NCBI GenBank assembly: GCA_964247055.1
Contig: OZ176055.1
Span: 1,302,001 to 1,366,000 of the forward strand
From: Paragordius varius
Lineage: Eukaryota; Animalia; Nematomorpha
Direction: 5' to 3'
DNA: 64,000 bases
Both the position numbers and the translations under genes were made by a program. The notes under the pieces were generated by a model, which saw only the letters and a program-made list of their open reading frames with translations, was not told the origin of the DNA and searched no databases. How positions within the stretch are numbered: the first letter of the stretch is position 1; each line of letters opens with the position of its first letter. Positions 54,601 to 64,000 of the stretch are shown here, piece by piece.

Positions 54601-54921
54601 CTTTTTTACTCACAATTCCGCGCAATACATATATTTGGTCGTTAAACAATAATCACCGTTAACTCAGTTTTCTTGGCTTATCTTCAAATCCGATGTATAG
54701 GCTTAATCATGAAATTATAAAAATTTATTATATGTGTAAATAAATTACATAGATATATATTACCCTTTAAAATATATTGTTCTTGTATACAAATTGACTT
54801 AGTGAGTAAATAAGTATAAACACATAGGTACAAAATACAAGCAATAAAAATGATATACAATAATATGTAACATAAAAAAATCCCCCCAAAAAGCCGTATA
54901 TAAAACACCAATTTCCCTTAG

Positions 54922-57129
54922 CTAAGCCAAATTATTTGGTTTTATATATATTTGGAATATGAGCTTATTGCTATTATTATTATTATTGTTGTCAGGTGCT
55001 GTGGAAACAACCAATTCGTTCAAGTTAATCCCCTTAACTATGTCAGATAAATCCAATTTCTTATCAATGTTATCCATGATAATGTCATTATTTGAAGCGT
55101 ACCGAGATTTAGCAAATGTTTTGGTCCCACTTATAGATTTAACGAGTCCATTCGGACCAACCAAGCACAGCAGGTATTGTATTGAACGGGCTTGATCAAA
55201 CAATAAGTTTGCGTACAGGTAGCATTGGAAAGCGCTGTTAGATGGTGAGGAGCCTTTGGGATAAAACTTAAGTTCCCAATTCCAATTGCAATGAACGTCA
55301 CACGATTTCGTTACGAATGGGACATTTATTTCGGTGAAATCACGCAACTCACCAAAATCCGATATAGTAATGCGTTTGTCCCACCGCGTATCCTTGAAAT
55401 TTCTCAACACAAATAAGTATTGAGTATTTAGCAATTGGCCCGATGTCAAGGATGCGACCATGGTCGGAATGCACTGTTGCCCATTAAATAGTGTTAAAGT
55501 GTCATTACCATTTTCCGTATTATTAATATTGCTGTATGGTGATATTTTAGCGGTGTAATAAGTTTTATCCCTTCTACTATTATTACTGGTGTTGTTCCAT
55601 TCCGACGTGGATAGATTTTGTAAAAATGGAATGTTTGATGAATTTAACATGTTATGACTAGGAGGAATGTATAACCGGGGATTAATTAAATTTATGGATG
55701 AGTTGTTGTTTGATGGGGCCAAACAAGCAAAGTTATAAGCTTCTGTTGACAATCTGGATTGATCAAAATACTTTTGAATTAGATTGAGGCTTAGCGCATG
55801 ATACTTATATCCTATGGCGAGGTAGGGTAACAAGAAATGCGAATATTTTTCAGTTAAAACGGTACAACTATTTTCAATTTCATCCAGCTGGTTTGGAGTC
55901 ATCATGGGAAATCGCACCAAACATAAAATCTCACAGAGTAAAGATGGGATGTTCTAAATAAAAAATTTAATATAAATATCTATCATGCATAGTTATACAG
56001 TACCTAGCAATATTATAGTCCATACCGTATTTTAAATGGCTAAAAGAGTAATTAATATACAATGGATTAAATAAGAGAATATTTGTAAAAAGGAAATGAT
56101 ATTAGGAGTAAAGAAATGAATATTAGTAAAAATAAAAAAGAAACAAAGGGCCATGGTGCACGAGCAAGCATTACCATGTCCATTAATAATTATTTTTTAT
56201 TATTAGTGAAAGAAAAAAAAGGAAATAAAGGGCATTTATTGAGTATGTAATACCATACTACAACGTAATATTCTTTCACTTCATTAGTAAATAGTAAAAA
56301 ATAATTATGATTTGATGGGCATGGTAATGCTTAATCGTGCACCATGGCCCTTTGTTTCTTTTCATTTTCACCAATATTCATTTCTTTACTCCTTATATTA
56401 ATTTCTTTTCCACAATATTCTTTTATTTAAACCACTTTGCATATCTGTTGATTATTTTTACTTTATAATTTAAATTTTAGTTTATTTTAATTTTATTTTT
56501 TACGTTTGACAAAGATTACTTGTAGTAATTGAAATATCATAATAAATTTATATAATTTTAGCTGAATTATATTTATATAATAATTCATTAGTTAACATTA
56601 TAAAGAAAATATATAGTTTTTAATTAAATATGTAGTAAACAATAAAATGAAAAATCCATACGTGGTAATAGACATGTAAAATATAAATACCCTTTTAGCC
56701 ATTCAAAATACCGAAATGGCCTATAATAGTTTTCTCCTCTCTAGTTACTGTGTTAAAAATTATTACGAATGAAATGATTAACAATATGTACATTTATGCG
56801 TTGGCCTATTCACATTATGGTTGGCCAATATGTAATACAGTAGCGTGTGTTATAAAACAAATTTTGTCCATAATTTAATGAACAATTCAATAATAATTTT
56901 CTTTTATTTCGACATATACATAAGATTTACAACTAATAGTGCCATACTCTTAATGAGAAAATTATATTTAAAGAAAGATTCATGATAAAAATTAACTGTT
57001 TCGGGACATTTTTTTAATAATTTAATATTATATTTTTTATCTGTAAAAATCATAAATAGACCCTTTGCCCCTATCCTCGAACAATTCAATTCAAACTTAC
57101 CATAATATAAATTATGTGTTTTCGGACTA

Positions 57130-57171
<42 letters not shown>

Positions 57172-59655
57172 TCTTTAATATGAATTATTTCTTATGGTAT
57201 AGTCAATTATTTTTCATTATGTTAATTTCAAAAGTAATTCTATTTTAAACATATAAAAAAATATAGGAAATTTTGAATATTCGAAAACACATAATTTATT
57301 TTGGGGTAAATTGGAATTGTTTAAGGGTAAATTTGACCTGTAAATGGTATATAAAATCGGAATAGAAATTTAATTTTTTATGTGCGGCCTGCCGAATTTT
57401 TTGGGGCAAAAAAACGATCTATATAAAGTCATTTATTTGTGTTGGAATCCCTTGATTTAGCAAAATCATATATTTTTTGCCAACATTTTATTGACATAGA
57501 TAACACATACAAAATGTGAAGATGTACCATTTAGTATATTTACACAAGTGTAAAACCATATTATTATTAAAAATATTTGAAACGGTTAAAATTATAAACA
57601 GCAATGAAAATAAAGATAAAATTTAAATTGTATATTAAGAAAAATTTGAACTAAACTTAACGATTGCAAAATAAATCTTAGCATTTTCCTTTTTGTAGGT
57701 AAAAATCAATATCTATTTAAAATTTTACCTATATTGTATTTATAAAAGTAAAATCAAGTCCAAAAATATTGTATTATTAAATATAAAGGAAGTTAGGCAA
57801 CCGCCTTTTAGATATAGTAAATAAATTTAATTATACCAAATATTTATTTATTTACAAATACATATCTAAAGATATAATACTAAGAATTTATTAGGAAAGT
57901 TAAAAATAAAATTAAACATGGCATTTCAATTTTAAGAAAATGATAAAGCAGTTTAAAATAATTTAAAGTTATTTTAAAAAATTATTTGGCCTTTGGGCAA
58001 AATTTTGAAACGCAATTTTCGGACATGCTTAAGTACAATAAAAACAATTATTGCAAAATTTAGTGCTACAATAATTATACAAAAAATAATCCGTACAATA
58101 TAAAATAAAAATAACTTTGAAAAAACAATTTAAACATTTTAAAGTTTTTCGAGAGTAAAAAAAGTAAAAAATAAAAAACAGTAAAAGCATCATATGCAAA
58201 CACATTTAGATATATTTTTCTATTTCTAAAAAAACCAAACCCGAAGATAAAGATAACTTAAAAGTTTAAAAAATATGCTGGAAACAATGTTTGCGAATGG
58301 ATTTAAAAATTAAGTTTTTAAAGTATATTTGGGAATATACATTTGTAAAACCGATATAACTACTTATCTTTTCAGTTTTTATTTATTTATTTATTAAATT
58401 ATACACAAAATGTTATTCAACAGTAAATAAATATATAAATAAAAGTGCCCCAAGTTATTCAACAAAAATTTATTAAAATAAAGCTTTATTGAAATTCAAA
58501 ACTTTTTATATGTTAAGTAATAAAAAGATAAAACTAATATAATTGAGTGAAAATTGTAGTTCTTATCTATAAATATGAAAATATTTATTAGACTGAAATA
58601 TCTGTTTAAATCTTACAGTCATGTATATGTAGAATTGACAGAAATTCGTTTTTAAATGATTATAATTCGTTTTTAATTGTTTTAATGTATGATATGTCAA
58701 CTTTCAACATGCGCATTTTTAAGCATTAAAATAAAAATAGCTTATTTATTGTAAACAATTAAAAACAAAGTAAAATCAATTAAAAACGTATATCTGACAA
58801 TTCTAAGCATACATGACTGTAATATGGTTAAAAAAATAAAACAATTTAAAAAACACCTCAAGATTCTTAGAGAAAGGTCATATAAAAAGTGTGCCAATAT
58901 AACTATCAATATATGATTATTATATACCTGATTAGAGTTTTTTTGAATCGCATGAAGTAACCATTTTTCCACGCCTTTCCATAATAAATATTCATTTTTT
59001 AGACATAACTCAGACGATTTTAAAAGTTCTGTCAACTGATCTTTCTCTAAATTAATCCATTCCGATTCCCATTCCTCAAGCAATAAGTCATCCATTTTTT
59101 TGGCCAGAATGTTGACGCAGGCAGAAATAAGAGAGGTATGAAAACATTTTATGGCATAATGATACCAAATATTTAAAAGTTCTTTCAAATGTATTTGTGG
59201 AAGCAAATAATTTGTGGCATAATTAATTACAACCTAGTAAAACATATATAAATTTTTACCTTTTGCAAATCGCTTATATTGTATTTATCAGCCAAAATCA
59301 ATAATGGAAAAGCATCTTCGTAGTTTAAATTGATGCGACAAGAATATAAAAAATTTAAAAATTTGTCAAAAACTCTAGAACATTCTGCTTCTTCAAATAA
59401 ATTTAATTCATTATTAGAGCATTCTTTCCATTCTTCACTCAGCATTCTTTCAAAAACCTCTGAGGCCCGAACTAAAATTAGCTTGTGAGCATAATATCTC
59501 TCATCTCCCACGCATAATATAATATCACTTAGCAATGGATTGTTAAAAAACTTTTCCTGGTCATCCAAAACCTAAAAGGTAAAACTATAATATACTTGTC
59601 GGTCATTGCCATAGCATTGATGCTCGTTTAATATTTCTTGTATTGGGAGGTCCAT
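54922..59655 (-). CDS. BTB/POZ-BACK domain protein (BTBD17-like) with a C-terminal MATH/TRAF-like region, ~569 aa (exons 59655-59596, 59571-59260, 59233-58928, 55953-54922)
   Basis: SDIILCVGDERYYAHKLILVRASEVFERML and FLNFLYS..LLILADKYNI (BTB); ELCLKNEYLLWKGVEKWL and LVRFPMMTPNQL (BACK); WNWELKFYPKG..FQCYLY (MATH-like); all junctions phase 0. Confidence 0.9.
56011..56728. mobile_element. Foldback element with ~40-bp outer TIRs and an internal ~400-bp hairpin, in intron 3 of the BTB gene
   Basis: TATTATAGTCCATACCGTATTTTAAATGGCTAAAAG pairs with CTTTTAGCCATTCAAAATACCGAAATGGCCTATAATA; inner arms ~56050-56210 and ~56280-56450 include a near-perfect ~47-bp core. Confidence 0.8.
57070..57347. mobile_element. 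MITE family A copy with an expanded internal (TA)n; left end eroded
   Basis: Family A body and right end GTAAATGG|TA. Confidence 0.7.
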
Positions 59656-61588
59656 ATATTCACTCACTCATGCAAACAAATATAAATTTTATATTTGGAA
59701 GAAAAAATATTTTTTTTAAATTATAATCGATAATATAATATATAAAAACAATGTTATATAAATTGTATTAGGATTCCCATGGTTTTATGGTGTGATATAA
59801 AAAAGTTATTTTTGTGGCAAGTGTTCCATTCAGAATATGGCAAAATTTGACATTTTTCGTAATAAAATTTTTTGATGTAGGCCAAATGCTTCCTTTTAAT
59901 AACTATATCTCTTAAAATAATTTAATTTTTTTTAGTATTTTCTTTTTTATATATGGGCTTTGAAAGTCCTAAATTTTTGCGCTACTAAAACAGCCTTTAA
60001 AATAAACGCAAAAATGCCGTGATTGCGCGATAAAATTTGAAAAATATGCTAAATTTTGACACAAAAAAATATTTTTTGAAATGCATACTTTTTATAAAAT
60101 TAATTTTTAGAAAAGTTGAAGCGTAGCTCACCTTCTTTAGGCATATAAACGATATAAAAAGGTCTCTAAAAACACTTTTTTATAATTTATGATATTGAAA
60201 ACTTTTGTTACCTCAGAATTTTGAATAAAATACTCGCTTGTCTTCATATTATAATAAATATAAATTGTGTTTTATATAAAAGTTCACCAAAATTCGAAAT
60301 TAAAAACCCTTTAAATTAAATTCTGAAGCGATTGCTCACACATCTAAGGCATTTTTAAACCGTTTCCATTGTGCCTTAAAATAGTAGTATACATGCTTTA
60401 ACAAAACTTTGTTAAAAAAATTTAAATATTTTTATGTCAAAATTTAGCCTATATTTTGTGTTTTCCGGCATTTTTGAGCTTATTTAAAAAAACTAGACCG
60501 TTTTAGAAGACAAAAAATTTGGGAAGCCCACATCTAAAACTAAAATATTATAAAATATTCTTTTGCTTTATATTTAATGATATATTTTAGTATTTTTTAT
60601 GAAGTATTTAGTTTTCAAAAAAATTTTTTATAAACAGTGGTCCAATTTTGTAATTTCTGATATGAAGCACTTAGCACAAACTGTAACTAACTTATATTAC
60701 TCGTAGGGGCCAACAAAAGCACCATGATGATCCTATTATGTTTTTCTGTCAGAATATATTTATTTAAGATATCTTTTTCGATTCCATATACTGTGTATTT
60801 TTATCGAACCTACATATCAGGATATTTTTATACCGCCGATTGTGCAAATTTATATTGAAAAAACTGACAAAAAATTGGCATTTTTCCACTTATTTCAAGA
60901 TAATTAGCCAATTTTATCGTGGGCCAAAAATGTGACTTTCTGACCATACATCTGGAAATTAGTATTTTATATATATTATTGTTATGCTTTTAAAATGTAG
61001 TTTACTTTATTTTCTAATATATAAATGAAGCCTTTAGCTTCCACCAAAAAATATATTTAGTAATCTATAATTTTGCGATTTTTTGATATCGAGGTACCAC
61101 AAAAGGGTTAATACTTTTTTATATTACTTGTAAGAATTAAAACCAAAAGCACCATGATAATCCTGTTATACATTGTCCTATCTGAAAATTATGTTGTCGA
61201 TGTTATGTAACATGTGCTAAATGTACAATTTTTCGGCACTTTTATTCTTTTTAGCATTTACAAAACTTAAAAAAATTGAGATTAAACCAGCAAATATGCA
61301 ATTAATAATATTTACGCAATTGATAGATTATTTGTTTTGGTTCGTATAATTGTTGATAACCCATTTACATCCTTATACCGTATATTTTGATTGTACTATA
61401 TTAAAATTACCAATCATAATTATAAATTCTTCATTTTAAACTCTGCAGAATTAAAATTATTGATTTGTTATTTTGAAAGAATTATATAAGAAAATTGTAA
61501 ATTTTTGACCGAAATTATTAAAAGCATTATTTGTAAAGTTTTAACAAAACTTTACATTGGTATTTTTTTTATCAGATATTTATATATA

Positions 61589-61828
61589 CCATTCAAACTT
61601 CGAATTCACCCTTGAAAAATTTAATTTACCCGTTAATAATTCAACTCACCCCCGAACAATTCAAAATCAATCTAAAAATTTTATCGTTTTTAAAAATAAA
61701 AATTACCTACTTTTTTATATTTTAGAAATCATTTTATCTGAAATTAAAATCATACTGAAAAAATAATAAACATTAATGAGATTATATTAGCAAAACACAT
61801 ATTTTTTTTAAAGTGAATTTGAATTGCA
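61589..61828. mobile_element. MITE family A copy, diverged
   Basis: TA|CCATTCAAACTTCGAATTCACCCTTGAA left end; right end GTGAATTTGAATTGCA. Confidence 0.65.
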
Positions 61829-62189
61829 TATATATATATGTATAAATAAAATTCCGTAGGCTGTTAAATCAGCTCCGGCAAAATGCCTATAAAGTTACCA
61901 ATGCCTTACACCACTTCAACAAACAAATCCTTTTATTAATTTATGTTATTTATTTCTTTTATAATTTACTAGCTGGCCCTGTCACGGTTCGCTGTGACGT
62001 AGTTTCAGAGATAATTATTCTTAAAAATTTGCAATAAATAAAGGAAAGATAAAATAAAAACATAATTAATAAAAAGAATGTTTTTAATTTTTCTTATACG
62101 TTTATGCATAGGCTCAAATATTGTTTACTCGAAAATCATTCGTGATCCCTTTTTAAAGAAAAGAATGACATTATACAAATCCCCAGAAA

Positions 62190-63630
62190 TGTGATTAACT
62201 GAACTCGTATGGCTTCTTAAGTTTTTTGAAAATTAGCTCCAAAATCACGCCATTTTTGTATGGCGTCTCATTTAAACCGGTAGACCCCTATCCACAGGCC
62301 TATATGGAAAAAAGAGCTAAGTTAAATTTTTTGCCTTTATAGGGGATATGTTTGGAATCATCTTTGAGACCATCGTCTCATGTGTTATTCGAAAAAACAA
62401 AACTAAATAATCCTAATATGATGGCGTATTTTTAGGGCATAAAAGCCCCAAATTAACGGCTAATTAAGAAAAGCTCGACCTTAATTTTTATCTAGTCACG
62501 GGTAATATTTCCGTCTTTTAATGAGCTCATATGACTTCATAATTTTCTAGCTCCATTTTTATATAGTGGCGCAGTTTTTGGCGGGTAGCTCCCTACCCAG
62601 GGGCAGGTATAAAAAAGCGTGGGGCAAAATTTTTGCCCTTATATGGGGAATATCTGGAATTATCATGGATTCCATATGTTCCTATAAATTCTTGGAAATA
62701 TTGCTTCAAAACCAATAAGTTGTTCTATGGCGGCACATTTTTCAGGGCGTAAAACTTTACTTAACGACTCATTAAAACAACGCCCCCATACTAAAATATT
62801 TGTTTTTAAGGGGTATAAAATAATTTGAGCCCTTATTGAAATCAAGTCTCATGTTTTTTGAAAGTGGCTCCAAAGGATGCTGTATCGATACGGTGACCCA
62901 GTTTTACGCGGGTAGCCTTCTAACCAGGCGCGAAACAAATAATTCGGGTAATACCTGGAATCATGATTGATCCCATATCGTGAAATTTTCGAAAAATTAC
63001 TCAAAACCAAAAAGTCATTCTATGGTGGCGTATTTTTCAGCTCAAAAACCTAATTAAGGATGTAATTTAATAAAACAGCTCACCTTAAATTTTGCTTTTT
63101 TCCGGGTAATACTCAAACCCTTATTGAACTCATATGGCCTGATAAGTTGCCAAGTCACGCTGTGTCGATAAGATGGCGCAGTTGTAGGCGGGTAGCCTCC
63201 TAGCCTGAGGCCAATATAAAAAAGACGTTCTATAAAAAAAATTTGCCTTTATAGGGACCTGGAATCATGATTGATTCCTTAGCTCTAATTACTAAAAAAA
63301 CATTCTATTGTGGCGCATTTTTCAGGGGGTGAAGGGCCTTAACGGCTAATTTTAAAAAACCCACGGCCTAAATTTTTGCCTTATTACGAGTAATATTATA
63401 AGCACTATTGAACTCTAATGGCTTGATTGATTTTATGGAATTTAGCCCCAACGGCACACTATTTCGTGACAGGGCAGTTTTTAGCGGGTATCTCCTTACC
63501 CAGCAGCCAATATAAAAAAACGCACGACAAATTTTTTTCCTTTTAACAGGAAATGCCTAGAATCCATTGGATTTTTACGGTATCATACCCTTGACCAAAA
63601 ATAGATTCAAAAAATTATTTTTGTGAACTT
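62190..63630 (-). repeat. Family C element, second copy with about five ~300-bp tandem units
   Basis: CAGTTTT..GCGGGTAKC motif at ~62573, 62900, 63180, 63476 plus a degenerate unit at ~62272; reverse complement of 18350-19450. Confidence 0.8.
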
Positions 63631-63639
63631 TTTTGAAAA

Positions 63640-64000
63640 AATGGCATTCTACCGGGGGAATGGGTAAAAAGAGGGTTTAAATTAAAAGGCGAACTGACTA
63701 TGTTAATTAGATTTGAAATCGAATGGTCTAACACGTTTTCCGGAAAATTATCTCAAAGACACAATTTTTGTCGACTTTGTTTTCAAAAAAACCGTTTTTC
63801 ACACGGGGTAGGCTCGAACTTGGGGCTTAATTTAACATAAGGCTTAGCTATCGTCGGGGAATTCATTAATGATTATATTTTTTCGGCATTTGGATTTGAA
63901 TGGGTCTACAGGTTTTCCGAAAACAGATCACAAAGCCACCACTTTCCATTTTTATAAATATATAGATTACTTTTTCCAGCAAAAAGACAATAAAAAGCTA
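63640..64000 (+). repeat. Repeat family D (related fragment in serpin intron 1, ~23600-23750)
   Basis: ACCGGGG(G)AATGGGTAAA and GAAAT..AATGGGTCTA blocks are shared with serpin intron 1. Confidence 0.45.

Overview
AT-rich (by eye about a quarter GC) eukaryotic genomic DNA from a bilaterian invertebrate; the exact taxon cannot be determined from the sequence. I assembled eight intron-containing protein genes by hand from GT-AG boundaries and reading phase: an unidentified gene running off the left end (-), PSMD8/Rpn12 (+), the selenocysteine elongation factor EEFSEC (-), a secreted serpin (+), BCS1 (+), HMG-CoA synthase (+), a secreted His/Tyr/Gly-rich protein (+) and a BTB-BACK protein (-). 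An intact miR-100/let-7/miR-125 microRNA cluster lies at 49.8-50.3 kb and carries variant let-7 and miR-100 sequences. Introns and intergenic DNA are filled with non-autonomous elements (several MITE families, a hAT element with an 8-bp TSD, a tRNA-His-derived SINE, an RTE fragment, and an element with ~300-bp internal tandem units). The most unusual signal is intron architecture. Of 42 modelled introns, 8 are only 21-30 nt and 3 are 55-63 nt, and all 11 start within ~400 nt of the start codon. All 29 introns starting further downstream are 102-2974 nt. Exon models are manual and need RNA-seq confirmation.
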